DNA of 64,000 bases from assembly GCA_951406725.2 (NCBI GenBank), contig OX597821.1, forward strand, positions 118,606,001-118,670,000, in the 5' to 3' direction. This stretch comes from Octopus vulgaris (lineage: Eukaryota). The translations under genes and the position numbers were made by a program. Under the pieces are notes generated by a model that saw only the letters and a program-made list of their open reading frames with translations, was not told the origin of the DNA and did no database searches. This document shows, piece after piece, positions 38,078 through 53,079 of this stretch. The stretch's first letter is position 1. Each line of letters starts with the position of its first letter.

Positions 38078-38322
38078 ATGAGCTTAGAGAGCAAAGGTTA
38101 ACACATTTCTCGAAAGGATTCACATTACTAATAAGTTTAAGAAGTTAGCTCCTATATATCATGCTTACGTATCTAGCTAGTGAGGTATAGATATTAGTAA
38201 AAATACAATAAAGTAAAATAAAAATAACATAAAAATAAGGGTAAAGAAAGAAGATAAAAAGGATAAAATATAAAAAATCAGTAATAAACAGAAACTGAAG
38301 AAAATAAAAATATAAATGTATG

Positions 38323-38411
<89 letters not shown>

Positions 38412-38519
38412 GAAAAAAGAATATATATATAAAAGAAAATAACAATACTTACATATGCAAATGGAGAATTATATAATAAAATAAATGAAGGATAAGTTAG
38501 ATCGTAAAATAAATTTTAA

Positions 38520-38820
38520 AAGACATTTACTAGTCAACCATTCTAGAGCTGTACTTTTGTGATCCTTTCTATCAATTTGCGTAAGAGTCCCCTATCTGAA
38601 AGTTTTAGTTTTCTTCTGGAGCTTTGTTTCGACTAGGAGGGTTTTCCCTCTTTCGAAAAGGCTGTCGTCAATTTCGAGAAGTACTCCTTGATTCACCAAA
38701 CATTTCGGCTGTTTTCGTTACGCTAAGGTCTACCATACGGACACCAAAAATTTGACCTCTTTGACTTCCCTTTTTAACAGCTCATTTACTGGAGCCTTTG
38801 TGTTGTATATATTATAGCTA
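38520..38820 (-). mobile_element. Decayed Penelope-like GIY-YIG fragment (tentative)
   Basis: KF.CPYGRP*.NENSRNVW*IKEY resembles VYkFxCxCGxxYxGxTxR...IKEH; lies upstream of the HHR at 37958-38077 on the same strand. Confidence 0.45.
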
Positions 38821-38857
38821 AATTGAAATTCTAATTGGGCCTCTAATTGGGTTGATT

Positions 38858-39183
38858 AGGAATGATGTTGGTTGGATGTTGAGAGAAAGAGGGAGGAGGT
38901 GGAGGGGGTAACTCTTTAATCAGACCTAAAGGGTTGATACCTTCTACATTGTCACAATACATCTCTAGAATTTATGACCCTACACATGACATACTTTGTA
39001 TCTTTATATACTTATTTTTTTACATCTTTACTCTTTTTATTACATTTTGTACTTACTATTATCCTGTATAATCATGTTTAGATTTATACATATACTTTTT
39101 CCTCTTTGTGATCCCAACTTCATTAAAGAGTTACCCCCTCCACCTCCCCCTCTTTCTCTCAACATCCAACCCACCTCATTCCT
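38858..39183. repeat. About 60-bp inverted repeat adjoining a PLE fragment
   Basis: 38858-38919 pairs with 39122-39183. Confidence 0.7.
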
Positions 39184-39543
39184 TATCGACTGAAAAAACG
39201 GTATGGACGTTTTGTTTTTGTGTTTCGCTATGCCATATACGACTATGAGGATTTACCTTCCCAATGAAACTCTTTTTTTTCCCAAACTTTTTCTCAAACC
39301 TGCTATAATGTAATACATGTCTTTGGTGTGGTAATTGTACGCGGCTGAAGAAGGCTGTTGACCTACATGTTATATCAATTATGCATTGATATAAATTGCT
39401 CGATAAAGCCAGAAACATATGTACCGCAAAATCGTTAGCATCCTGTTTTTTCTTTTGATAAATATATATATATATATATATAAGTATGTATGAATATATA
39501 TATATGTATATATATGTGTGTGTTTGTGTGGGTGTGGGTGTGG

Positions 39544-39598
<55 letters not shown>

Positions 39599-39684
39599 AA
39601 TTTCCAGGATTCCAGGTGCCGTATCAAATAATGGTGGGAAGCTGAATCGACAAAAGATGCAAACAGCTGGCTGGCCACTAAGTA

Positions 39685-40040
39685 TTATGCAACCCCCGGA
39701 ATTCGTTAGAACTGCCCCCTAGAGGGTAAGTGTCTGGCAAAGTCGATAGTATATAGCATTAATATTGAATCAAATTACTGGAATGAACCTAAAGTATATA
39801 TTAGGGTAACGGAAGAATCATTCAGACATCATTATCATAGACATAAACGATCATTTGTCAACCCCGATAGAATATGCGCTCCTGTTTTGCGGAAGTTCAT
39901 ATGGTCCTTGCGGGAGACAAGACTTCACCAGTCAAAAAATTCCTGATCGATTGTAAATAGAATGCAACCATACAGGAATGGGAGCTTTAAATAAAAAAAT
40001 GCTGTGTGACTTTTATCTCGGGGAAAATTAAAGAAATTTA
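39685..40040 (+). mobile_element. Decayed Penelope-like GIY-YIG fragment
   Basis: NCPLEGKCLAKSIVY...KVYIRVTEESFRHHY.RHKRSF. Confidence 0.7.
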
Positions 40041-40198
40041 TCTCAAAGCATACACACATATGTATACAGATGCACACACATGCCACATGCACATGCACAC
40101 AATAAAATAGCTTCCTATATATAAACTATTAATCAATGTTCTTACTAACTATTGAGGTGTAATAAATCAGATGTAGTTAGATAATAAATAACACTTAC

Positions 40199-40382
40199 CA
40201 ATGATGTCATTCTTGTTACACAAGTTTCCGACGCAACAACTAGTACAGGAAGTGCCATCGGTCCATTTCTTGCATCTGAGGCGATTGATTCTCATAGCTT
40301 CCACACATTTTCTGTATGTGCTGCAGGACCTTTCAAACCTCAGTTTAACACCATTCATTGATGAAGTCAACCGACAAACAGG
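40199..40382 (-). CDS. Adhesion GPCR exon: second half of Ly6/uPAR-like Cys domain
   Basis: 184-nt phase 0-1 exon, TTACAG/GTAAGT; PVCRL...RSC...KC...RC...SCTSCCVGNLCN with the CCxxxxCN terminus. Confidence 0.85.
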
Positions 40383-41919
40383 CTGTAAGAATAGATATAA
40401 CAGTCATATACTACAACCACGACATTCACTTGTACGACTACTGCTAACTACAGCAACAACAACAACTACAACGCTGGAGATGTTTACCACGCAAAAGAGT
40501 TTAATCATTGTTACAAAATGTATCCCCAAACAGCAAATAAGACCGAAAATAATTTGCGCGAGTGTTGTAAGATAATAGATTAAGTGATCCCTTTGAAAGT
40601 TTATTGATATTTACCATTTATAAATAACATTTCTTGAAATGCTTCATGAATACCAACGCGCTCGGATCACATATAAACATGGCCATCGAATTACAGTCCA
40701 TATTAAAATCACAACTCTTTGTCATAAACCATCAAACTTACAATTAGTGAAATAATCCTTTCTATCATAGACACAAGGTCTGAAATTTTGAGGGGAGGGG
40801 ACTACTCGATTACATACACCTCAGTGTCTCACTGGAACTTTATTTAGTGACCTCGAAAGGATGAAAGGCAAAGTCGACCTTGGTGGAATTTAAACTCAGA
40901 ACGTAACGACGGGCAAAATACCGCTAAGCATCTCGTCCAGTGCTCTCCCGATTCTGCCAGCTCGCCACCTTAAATTCGTCAAATAATTCCAATAAAACAC
41001 AAAATATCATTCAATCCAAGTTTCTTCTCAATCGAGGAATGCACACAGGAATTTCTTTTGCGCAAAATTTACGAAAAAAATAACGCGTGCAAAACTCACC
41101 AGGAACGGAAACTAATACATCCGCACTGAAAGATGATAATTAAATATAATTGTCAGACTGAACTCCTCAAGTCTAGCAAATAAAACAGAAAATGCATAAA
41201 ATAGACGCAAGAGAAATATGCTTCTATTCTTCAAGCAAAGTTTATAGTCACGAAATGAAAATACAATATACTTGTATAAAATTTAGAGAGAAAATGGCCC
41301 AGATCTAAACGTATCGGACTTCAACAAACAAGTTAACTTAATAAGATAGATTTTGAAAACGAAAAAATACCAGAAATTTAGAAGATAAAAAGGACGATAC
41401 ATTACGAAAATGTAATTAATGATCGCAAAAACCTGGTAACAATAAAAGGCAATGAAAATATCGACCACAAAGTTAGAAATAAGATAACCTTAATTTGAAA
41501 CTGAAACTTCAAAAAACAAATAAAGTTGGTGATTGCAAATGAATGAAGTATTAAATAAGGTAATTCAGCTTCAAGAGAACAAAAAAAGATCTGAGCAGAG
41601 GACAGACAGTAAAACAGAAGGGGATGCAGCCATGTGCTTATAACCGGCTCGATTCAATATCAGTTGATGTGAACCATAGCTCTGTGTCGTTTTCAGTCTC
41701 TCTTATTGTCTCACTTGAGATTCTTTGACCCATGTACAGGAATATAACTGTGTTGTCCAGGACACGTCTGGCAATTTCAACCCGGGTTTTGGCTGCGTTT
41801 TAAACATATAGGTTTTGTCTTTTCCACTTGAAATAATCCCCAACCAGTTATGTTCTGGAGACTTTGATGAAGTACTTGGTATGAGGGAAGATTTAATCCT
41901 CTTCCATCTTTTCGTTGGC

Positions 41920-44100
41920 AGGTTTATGTATTTCTCTGTTCGCATAACTTTCAATCTCGTCTACCAAACAACTTCTTTCGCTAAAGCCACAAGACGAAGA
42001 AAAACTATGTTCTCTGCCCAGTTCCAGGAGAGGGACAGGATATAATCCTTATAGACTCAGCCGTTAGCCAGATCCATTTTACACACGACATTTATTCGAT
42101 ATAACTCTACAAGTCAGCAATTCCCTGACACTAAACGACTGTATGCAGAATGGTTTTATCGCTCTGCTCGCATCTCAGAAAAGCTCGAACAGCTAGGGTG
42201 CCTTGATAGCACTTCCGGAACTGAGGCTTCCGGAAGTTAACCATAGTAGTTCTCGATCCGAAAGTCCTCCTGAACAGAGTAACCAATTTGTTTCCATCGA
42301 CATCTAAACTTTCTCGGAGGATACATTCATTCTTCCTTGCTAAAAATCCTCTACATTGCTAGAGTAGAGCGTCTACAGATTCAGTTACACAACTACGAGA
42401 GGGATAGATTGCCTGATGACATAATAGATGCCGGGAATCTAATCTTGGTCTTAAGTTCACTGAGGACCGAAGCGCATTCAAAGACACGAACCGCGAAAAA
42501 ACGTGCTTCACGATCGGTTTCCACACCCTCAACGTGTGCCTGTGCATTGGCAGCAAGAGCATTCCTAACCCGTCTTTCATAAGGAGCTGCACAAAGATAG
42601 GCTGTTCGATAATTGGAACCCTTCCCTTCCATGTAAAGTTAATCCAATGAGATGGAAGCTGGGACAGGGCATGATGGTCATGTGATAATCAATAAAATAG
42701 GTGATAAGACATTTCCTCACCACTGCCCGACCCTTCGGAGACAGCTTTATTTCGGCCCATTTCTGATTAAGACTAGCCACGCTGCTCCTTATCTTTTTTC
42801 AGACCTTCTCTACCTGGACTTAGGGAGAAATCCAGACGCCAAGTAATTTAAGCTGTTCACCGTGCCAGGATAGCACAACACCTTTCGCCAGCCTCTCCAC
42901 CTGCCTCTCCAGATGCCTAGCTTTATATCTACTCAATTGTCCAAGTTGATCTTAGTGCATGCCACCGTTTCGTATTCTTTTAAAATTGTACCGTTTGTTT
43001 TCACTTCGGTAGTATCCAATACCGTGACAATGGCATCATCCGCATAAGCTGACAAGAACTTTCCATTTCGAAAGGAACATCTTTGAACTGGTTCCATCTA
43101 TCTCTGTTGTGACTTAAAACCCAGCCCCATGTGAGGCGAGAGAGAGGGCAGCCTTCTTTGAGAAAAGGCTGTAAACTTTGACCACCGAGTAGGTGTTGCT
43201 GTGCATCGCAGCGAATAAAAGTGTTGTAAAAATCTTCGAACTCGGCCGCTTCTTGCATATCGTCCAAGTAAAGAGTGTCCACGACCCTAACAAAAGCTTT
43301 CATTTTTACCCATATGTTAAGTTCTGAATTTGCAGAAGTCATGGGCCGAAAATTGTATAATGTGTCTCCTTTTCTTAGTGGCATTGCCACTCCAATCTCA
43401 CACCACTTGGAATTCCCCCCGTCCTGCTGCTAGTTGCGATAATCATCTTTTAAGAGGTTCCCAAGCAAATCTGGCATGAATTCCTTAATCTCAGAAAGCA
43501 GACCATCTTAACATGGCAGTTTGTGCCTTCTTCCTTCGCTCATCACCTCCAGTACACAAGCTAGTGTCATCAGCTTCTCACTGGACCAGGTAGTCCATGG
43601 AGGTAGGCACTTGAGGTCGCCTATTGTCTCCGAATCATTAGCGGCCCCGAATACTCGACCGTAGCCATACATATCTGTTCTTCGAAACCGAGTACCACGT
43701 ACCGTTTCCATCCACCAAAGGCCAAATTGTGGGTGTTTGTTCCCTCGTGTTTTAATGCAGAGACGACTTTTGCTCTGGTAACGCAGTCTTCTTGTTTTTC
43801 ATTAAAGAAATGCTCAAGGGCCAAATTCAACACTAGAATGTTGGTTGCTATGCTTTTACCAAGCACCTCTCCTAATCACCTTTTCACTCTATTCCTCTTT
43901 ATTGGTAGCTCTTTTCGAAACACTTTCGATTCTCATCTAATAGGCCCCTTAAGTACGTCCTACCACCGGTTCTTCCTGGTTGCTTCTGTCACCTGATGCT
44001 TAACTAATTCATTAAAACGCTTCCTGTAATCTTTGCGAGCTGGTAGGGACACGTCCAACTTCCAACGACCCTTTCTAAATCTAGCGTTCCGAGGTCATTG
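41920..44100 (-). mobile_element. Decayed L1/Tx1-like LINE RT
   Basis: DGL..E...MPDLLG.LL...QQDGGIP...NFRPMT..N.EL; EGCPLS; many stops. Confidence 0.65.
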
Positions 44101-44507
44101 AAGTGAGACCTTTGTTTCCGAATTGATTCCTGGTCACATGCATTCATATATCACACTCTAAGTACAACCATGTTTGTCAGGCAATGATCACTCATAAGTT
44201 CGCGTGTTCGATTCCTGGACAGGGTGGCACGTTGTGTTCTTAAACAAGGCACCTCATTTCGCTTTGACCCAGTCTTAACTTAAAATGAGTTCCAGTCTAG
44301 TGATGGTCATCAATCTCTCCCTTCATGTGTCTTATCCTTGCTGTCCCATTGAGTTAAGGATAAAAATACCGAGAGGGTGTCTACGTTTACACTGGCACCT
44401 AAAACAATTAGCGAGAGCATAGTACAAGCTACCTGGTCACAATGGCTTTCGAGTGATGGTTGTGGATATATTTTAACGGAAAGGAAGAAAGTAACATTTC
44501 AGTTTAC

Positions 44508-44599
44508 CTCTGCTCCTGGACAGTTTGTCACTCCTGAATGATTGCACATCATCCCTGAACATGTCTGACACTGTAAATTCCGTTGAAACAACGAGTAAT
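44508..44599 (-). CDS. Adhesion GPCR exon: first half of Ly6/uPAR-like Cys domain
   Basis: 92-nt phase 1-0 exon, CTCTAG/GTAAAC; YSLFQRNLQCQTCSGMMCNHSGVTNCPGAE (LxCxxC start). Confidence 0.8.
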
Positions 44600-45045
44600 C
44601 TAGAGAACATAAATAAATATCCATATTTAGAAACCAAATAGTGTCATGCATAGCAATAACAAGAAATACTTTGTGATGTGAAGCAAATATATACGTGTTA
44701 AGTGTTGGAATTAATACGTGTTAGACATATAATCCAAATTATTACGGAAGACTATAAACATGTTCTTATACATTAACAAAGACTATAAACCTTTTCCTAA
44801 TTTATGAACTATAAACATGTGAACAATAAACATGGTCTTAATGCATGAACTGAGCCAAACAATATTTGAATAAAAATTAGAAACCATTGGCAATAGTATG
44901 CTGCTCTTTTGAATATATAAGTTTAAGGATGTATGTCAGTATTCAGTTTTATTTGAAGATTTCTTGCCAATTAAGAGAGAACCGGTTTCTAACCTAGATC
45001 CAAGGCTCTTCATTAGAGTTTCAACAACATTAACATGGGTACTTT

Positions 45046-45077
<32 letters not shown>

Positions 45078-45656
45078 TGTATGTATGTATGTATGTATGT
45101 ATGTATGTATGTATGTATGTACGTACGTATGTATGTATGTATGTATGTATGCATGTATGTATCTACGTATGTATATATGTATGTATAAGTACAGATTGGT
45201 ATGTTTTGCAATATGCATGTATTCTCATGCATACACTTGCGTATCTAGACATAATTGTATATATATAAATGATAAACTTGTGGAGAGTTGTACAGATTTT
45301 TACAGTTCCAGTGATACCATGGGTCATCACAATTGCTTAAGGTAAAAATGAATTCCTCGCTCTTTCGAAACATATCTTCGTATTGACCGCTTTCCACCAC
45401 TTTGATCTGTTTTTGTATTGAATACGTATCGCCACCGTACTGCATCGAACTTGACATATACTTCAACATATACTAAACTATACATGAACTATATATCAAC
45501 TATAAACTTAAGTGTCTGACTCCGGTATTAAATGATTTCTTGTGTTGATGAGCTGTCTTTTATATATAACTTTTTGATAGTTATTAACTGAAACATGTTA
45601 TAATGTATATAAAATTAAAATTGTATAATACAGCAGCATTTTCGAACTTCATTTTT

Positions 45657-45698
<42 letters not shown>

Positions 45699-45960
45699 AT
45701 ATATATATATATATAAACAAAATGAAAAGACAAACTGCTTGGCAAGACTTGTCAAGGACATTTAATTTAAATATATAATAAAATGTTATAATACATAGTC
45801 TATTAGTCTTTTATTCTTTTACTTGTTTATGAATTTATTTTCCAAGACTTCTGATGTGAAATCCCGTGTTGAAACACATATTGTTGTATTTCGGGATGGT
45901 CATTTTTTTTCGCCAAATAAAAATACCTTTATTATTGTTCTTATTCTAACTCATGACCAT

Positions 45961-46005
45961 TGTCTGAAAATCTTTCGTCGCGCATCTGTGACCTCTTCAG
46001 TGACA
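45961..46005 (-). ncRNA. Decayed hammerhead ribozyme candidate
   Basis: TGTCA-CTGAAGA-GGTCAC..GCGAC-GAAA-GATTT-TC|AGACA; stem III weak. Confidence 0.4.
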
Positions 46006-48573
46006 CATTTCGTCTTCGTGTGTGCCCCTGCTCCACATATTTGATTCTACTCTTCTTTTGGAAAGTTGTATGTATGTATGTATGTATGTATGTATGTATG
46101 TATGTATGTATGTATGTATGTATGTATCATGTATGTATGTATGTATGTATGTATGTATGTATGCATGTATGTATGTGTATATCTGTGAGTATTGTGTGTA
46201 TGTGTGCATGTACGTGTGCGCATATACATTTCTATACATAATGACGTGTATGTCTTCTTGGGTGGTGTACGTAATCGATCCCCATATTATGTCCATCACT
46301 TGGAACCATGGCTGCCTTTAACAGAGGCTTTTCTCTGTTGTAAACAATCAAGGCATGTCTCTGGTTTGAGGATATCTTCCTCCCTTTTCTCCAGCCAATC
46401 ACAGCAGCCTTGGAAAGGGTCACGGTAAAGACATTTACCAACCTCATATACTCAAAACAAGGCTTGTTCGTGATCCGGTCTAGGTGAACACTGGCCCATA
46501 ATATCAAAGACATCTTAAAGTATCATAGAGTCATCCTACTTGGCAAAGCATCACCAGTCACTCGATGTTTCCGCTTCACCGACCACTCTACCCAACGCCT
46601 CTCGCTTTTCAAGTTGACCTTCAGCACCGGATTCTCCATTTCTTCAGGAAAGTGATGTATATCTTCTATCTCAAAACTTATACAACTTTTGATTTCAATT
46701 CCTGCCCACACCGCAGTTTTTACACACACAAACATCTCACCTCGGTCATCATAGTTACTCTCTTCATACTTTATCACACACACACACCTCTTCCCCTAGC
46801 GTCTTCTATCATTTACACATACATACAAACAAGTATTATACACTGGTACATGGACCCAGACATATTCATGCACACACACACACACATGTGCCCTCACACA
46901 TTCACTTTCTTAAACCTTGCTTTGGTTTGTACCTCTAAATCATTCACGTCTCTCTCCTCCTTTTACCTTTCATTACTGCTTGGCCGCTCTTAACTGCCAC
47001 CATTTCACTCCCATATACATAACCGCCACGCAATCGCTCTTTTTCCGGCTCTCTCTAATTGTGTTCACTCTTCTTCCAATAGAAAACACTTTTGCTCTTC
47101 TCTCCTCCTTCTGACACCCATTTCCTTACCCTCTCTTCACATATGTGTACCAACGCCTTGCTTGGACCGTCTACATTATTTGATCTTCATGAAGTGTGCC
47201 ATCTTGTCAGACTTTTTATATTCCTGATTTTTTTTCTTTGGTTTCTTGGAATTTATCTTGTCTTGATATTTGATCTTCTCAAATAATTTTCTTCTCGCAT
47301 TCGAATTTTAGCTTCTAGTTTCTGCTGAATCTCTCCATGTCACGTCTTACAGCCTTTACAGTGTTCACAAAGCATTGAGCAGCAAGCATGATGTTAGCAT
47401 TTTGATAACCGGTACGAAACATAATGATACATGTGACTGTTTTCCAATATTCAGATGGATCCCAGTCCTCCATGTCAGCTAAATTTTTCTCAGCTACAAC
47501 TTTATGTTTATGCTCTCCAACGCCATTGACTATTCACGAATACATTAAGCTTTTCCTGAAAAAATGGGATATAAAGATCGTCATATTTAATCCGAACACT
47601 GCACATTTTCCTCCATATGTTCATCCTCTACGTTCATTATTCTTGTGAGGGTCATGAAGATAGAGTCCTGAAGTACCTCATGCATAGGGTCCTATCAAAA
47701 GCAATTGTCAATACACTTTCTGGCTGGATTCTCGAACGGGACCGACTGAAACTGGATATTATCTCACCATCTTGTTCTTGGTCTACCCTTAGATTTTCTG
47801 CCGGTTTGGAGAGGCGCCGTCATCTCCGAAGCATGGACCCTGTCAAGTAATGTTCTAGAGATTCTTCGGAGGAAACTCATTTCGGCCTCTGTTATTTGTG
47901 ATCATACTCTTCCGGTCGTTAATCAACATTCATGTCCATAGGTGAGGGTAGGCTTTCTTACCAAGCTGCCCTTTTCTGAGGATCGAATACTAGAGCATTT
48001 ATTGTACCTCGGGAAGGTCATTATGCCAATAATAAACGCTCGCACTTGTTCAATTTCACTTCTTTATCTTTCGTCAATTTGTTTAATCATTTGTTAACCA
48101 ATTATTCTCTCAACCAGTTATGGTTGTTAGAGACATTTTGTCGCCATTCATGACCTCTTCAATGTCAATCTTATTTTCTGGTTCTATGCTTATGTAGTCG
48201 TACGGATGTGAGTGAGAATGTATGTGAGAGAGGGTGAGTTAGAAGGAGGATGTGTCTCTGTACATGTGTGTATGTGAATGCCCATTCATGCCTGCGTGCG
48301 CTGTTGTGTGTATGTGTGTGTTATATATGTGTGCTTGTGTATGTGTGTGTGTGTGTGTGTCGATTAGGGTTTGTGTGATACAGTTGACTCCTTAAATGCA
48401 TTAGAAAGAATGTGTGAATGTGAAGCGTATGGATGGCAAAACGTTTATTTCTTTATATTTGTATCTGTTGGTCCTGTTTCGTAAGACATTATATTGTGAG
48501 CTGCAGAGAATAACCGGAATTTTCTTTGTGTTAATAATAAAAGAACAAGAGAAACAAGGAGGATTTTACTAAC

Positions 48574-48731
48574 TTGTACATTGCGAATAATTCAGTATAT
48601 GTATTCTTTTGCCGAGATCTATCTGACACTTGCCAATGACACGCACATTTCTGTTATAGTTATTTCTCATATATTTCACCAAGGCTGGCAGGTGACATCC
48701 ACACATCAAATCCTTATTGCCATTGAGGTCG
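48574..48731 (-). CDS. Adhesion GPCR exon: LRR C-terminal cap (LRRCT)
   Basis: 158-nt phase 2-1 exon, TACAG/GTTAGT; DLNGNKDLMCGCHLPALVKY...GKC...QC matches LxLxGNxxxCxCxL. Confidence 0.85.
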
Positions 48732-49499
48732 CTGTAATTATAAAGAGAACTCTAACTGAATACGCTTCAGATCAAAAGAGAAACTGCTGTTTGATTTAAG
48801 AAGAAACAAGGTTTATAAAATTTGAGCAAGCTTATTAAAGTTATGACATTCAGGTTTATTTTTTCCAAAAGATGCTGATAACATCAATAATGTGAAATGG
48901 TTTTTACTGGAAAGTGGAACCATATAAAGTTCCTGTTCTCTTTTAGCTAACATTGTTGAATAATAAAGTGCATTTAAGCGAGAAGACTATTAGCCAATTG
49001 TAATGATTCCATTTTATGGTGGTTTAGGGCGGTTTTGGTGTCGGAGGTTTGGTAATAACAACCTGGCCATTGTTTCTGAGTAAAACACATTTAGACGGGA
49101 CGTTGTGGCACTAAGAACGTTGTGATTGTTCTACGCACCAACTATCTTTAAAGTTGGAGATGTACCACTGCAGAAACTGAGGAAGTACAGAGATGTATTT
49201 TTTTTTTTAGTTTCTATGGCAGACATGCACGTGAATGCTCATAATTAGCAAGGAGAAAATAAAATGATAAAGGTTTATTTTTCGAACTATCATTAAATAT
49301 TTTCTGCTTTTTCTAAACAATAATGATGGCATGGCACAGCCATTTGGCTCACCAATTCTGTGTTTCTTCTTTCCCTTCTTTCTATGCCATAACTTCCCTT
49401 CGTAATCTGGTGTGTTTATTTAAATGGTCTACGAATGTATTTAGTGAATTTCTCTGTCCTGGGTGTCGGAAAGACACTCGGCAAGAAATGGAAACAAAA

Positions 49500-50530
49500 T
49501 TGAAAGAATGAAATTACCCAGCTGGATGACAAAAGGAAAGATATTGTTATGTGCCGAGGATCCTGAAAAGGGAAATGTTGCATCCAACTTTAGACCAATA
49601 ACAGGCTTCTGCTAATGTGGAGACTAATGTCAGGTGCTTTGGCCGGTGAACCGTATAGATTCTTGAAAAAAGTGGACTGCTAGATATTGAACAGACAGGG
49701 TACCGAAGGAGGAGTCGGGGTACGAAGGATCAGCTCTTAATTGATGATCTAATTAGCAGGAACTGCAAGAAACGGCACACAAACCTGAACATGTTATGGG
49801 TTGTCAATCTTAAAGCATACGATATGAAAACCACTCACCTGGATAATAAGAACAATGGAAATATATGGAATAGTAGAAAATATGTGAAGCCTCATATGGA
49901 ATGGCATGAAGGACTAGTGAACGAAATTGGCAGCATGGAATCAAGCATTAGGAGAGGTGAAAATCAAAAGAGGAATCTTCCTGGGAGATAAATGTGCCCC
50001 TCTGATTTCGTGCTAAGAATGATTTCCTTGAGTGAAATACTACAGAAGACAAAGTTGGGGTATGAGCTGGGAAGAGGTAAGGGAAAACTGAACCACTTGC
50101 TATTCCTGGACGACTGGCTATTCACAAAACTGAGCAGAACTGGACAGCCTAGTCCAGTCTGTGCGGATTTTATCCAATGAAATTAAGATGGAGTTTGAGT
50201 CTCAAGATGTGCTACGACGGTGATGAGACGAGGAAAGCTTCTCAGGACAAGGCATATGGTTGCAAAGTGGTGAAAGGATGAGGGCAATTCAACCTCGATC
50301 CAGCTATAAATACCCGGGAATACTTGAGGCAAATAGAATCAAACACAACGACATGAAGGAAAAGACAAAAAGAGAGTACCTGAGGCGAGTGAGAAATATA
50401 TTGGCTTCGAAGGTAAATGCCAGAAATTTCGGCAATAAACTCGCACGCAGTCGCAATAGTTCGGTATGGCGCTGGAATCGTGAAGTGGACAGAGAAGAAA
50501 CTAAAGGAGATGGACAGGAAGACAAGAATA
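49500..50530 (+). mobile_element. Decayed R4/Dong-like non-LTR RT fragment
   Basis: NFRPIT; KAYD; RGIF.GD; KLNHLLFLDD; YKYPGILE. Confidence 0.7.
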
Positions 50531-51639
50531 ATGAACAGGGCTTACATCTCTTACGGCTGTTATTCAAAGTACGGTGTGCAGATACTCTAATGTTAGACTT
50601 CCTGGAGTCAGAAGTAGAGATTAATAGTTCTCTTATATTTCTATTCCGTCTAAATGCTACAATAGGCTTTGTTGAAGTGAAAATATTTTCTACTTTGGAT
50701 CAAACTGTATGTATTTGCAGGTTCAGCATGAACTAAGCTCACCTTTCTTTCTTTTGGTCTTTAATTATTCTTCACATATAAACGCAAACGAATATATACA
50801 AATATAATTATTTGGGGACATATTACAGAATTCCGCGTATCAGAATTGGTAAGGTACAATTAAATAGGATGGAGAGAGAGAGAGAGAATATCTTCTTTAG
50901 ATAGCATTCTAGATATATTTGGGAGACGTAAGACAAACATGATACAATAAAATGTATCGGTCAAAGAGACTACATGGAGTATACATAGGAATGCAGTATA
51001 TAGATGACATACAATACATAGAGGACATGTATAGGTAATATACTACATGATATACCAAAAAGGTTACAAACTAGATTTAGATGATATACAAGATATATGT
51101 AGCTAATCTATAACATACAAATTACCAACTATTAGATAGAGCTGACCTCCTAGCTACAGCCGGCAAACACATTAGGTATTTTGGTCAAAGTCGATAGTTT
51201 TTGCTGACCTGCGAGATATTGCCGAATAAAATACCAGTTATATTTGATATAATAGCTTTAATTGATAAACATCCTAAATAAATCTGGAAATTAAGGCAGA
51301 TATATCTGAAATAATAGGCTTTTCAAATAATTCGCTCGCATTCGTCACTCATTTTTTTACAAAAATAATCTTCAGAAAAGAGAATGTTCTGAACCCTTTA
51401 GACTTTGGCCGAATCGTTACCGAGTATTTACTTATTAATTTATTTATTAATTTACTTTTTAATTTTAAGTTACCGTAACCACACTACAATTATTTTAATT
51501 CTAAATTATTTATTCCTTCAAGAAAATATTTTGTTTTAATTACTATGTTATCCTTTGTTAATTCGATGTTAATTTCTTTCCTTTGTAATTCTCATTAATT
51601 CAATCAATCTTCTGAATCAGTGACTGCAACCATAGCTAC

Positions 51640-53010
51640 GACCTGGCGCGATGTGTAATGAGCAGTATGGATGTAGTATCCTTATACCCATCCATCGATG
51701 TTGACACAGAAGAACTGGGCCTCTTCCTGAAACTGGCAGTTGACAAGGATTACTTAGATGAATATGACATTAGTTGTTTCTGCCCCACTATATCGGTAAA
51801 GGGTAGACCCCCTACTATAACCTCAGTAGCCAAGAAGACTCCTAGAGAGAGATGGAACGGGTGGACCAGCGCTATACGAACCAACAAAATGAATATCGTG
51901 TAAAAAAGATGGTTGCACATGCGTTGAGTGCGAGCGAGTCCCCGGGTGACAGTTAAGGGCCACATATTCAAGTTTAATAACAAGATATACGCCTAAGAGG
52001 AAGGTGCAGCCATTGGTGTGAGTGTCGCTGATGATGAGGCTAACCTATTTATGTTTTGATCGGATAGGGACTCAAAGAGAGATTAGCAGGGAACTCCAGA
52101 ACCCTAACCATGTACTCCCCCTATGTGGGTGATATCGACATAGTGGCCAAAGTGAAATAAAGTTACAGTAGACAGCCCTAACACGCACCCGAAATATAGG
52201 CTACTGGATTTAGATGCGGAATACTGGCTGGAAACTAAGAATAGTAAGGTCCAGGTCTTTCATTTCCACTATGCCCAACCTATGTTCTAAATACTTGGTC
52301 CACAAGAAGGAAGCTACTGCAGACAACGCCAAGTTTCATATTCTAATAGTGGACTTGGTGAGAGTGACGAGGAACGTGTCTCGCATTTGCGACCTCTGTG
52401 AATTGGAAACACATATAGAACACTTCATCCACTGCATACAGGTCACTGGCTACAACCAAAGGAACATGATTAGAGTGTACAAAGAAGCCTGGGTTAAGTA
52501 CAAGGCCATCATAAAGAGTGATGAAAACGGAATGCAAATGAACCAGGAAAAACATGGATAAGTCCAACTCATGGTATGACAACAAGAAATACCAGAATGT
52601 CATTTTCGTTAATGTTGACCCAAATGGCAAACAAGCATACCATCTTAGAAAAGGAAAATCTATGGATTAAAGTAGTAGAAAGGCCGGGAACCCATATAAA
52701 ATCTTGATCTGTAGAACTTACTCCTTCGGTAGGTCCCTACATGTACGGAGAACAATTGCATAGTATATAGGATGAAAGCACATGCTAACTGTAAGATTAG
52801 GAATGTAGTCTAAAGTTTACGGAGTATTGAAGGACGGTGCAGAAACAAGACAGCTTACATAGGGGAGACAGCACCCACAACAGGGGAGCAAATAGGCGAA
52901 TACTGGCGGGAGCTCAAAGAGAAAAAAAGGCTCGTCATTGTTCAACTAATATGCCAAACACAACATAGAAGCTCGGTTAATAACATAGAGGCAGTTGTAG
53001 AGGAATTCCA
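51640..53010 (+). mobile_element. Decayed Penelope-like retroelement (RT plus GIY-YIG)
   Basis: SMDVVSLYPSI; HIFKFNNKIY..EG.AIG; YVGDI; later NVV...AYIGETA; many stops. Confidence 0.75.
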
Positions 53011-53079
53011 GATCATTATAAATTTAAGACATGACGCGGATAAAGCTGAAGAAAAAGATTGGTCTCATATTCATGCGAG

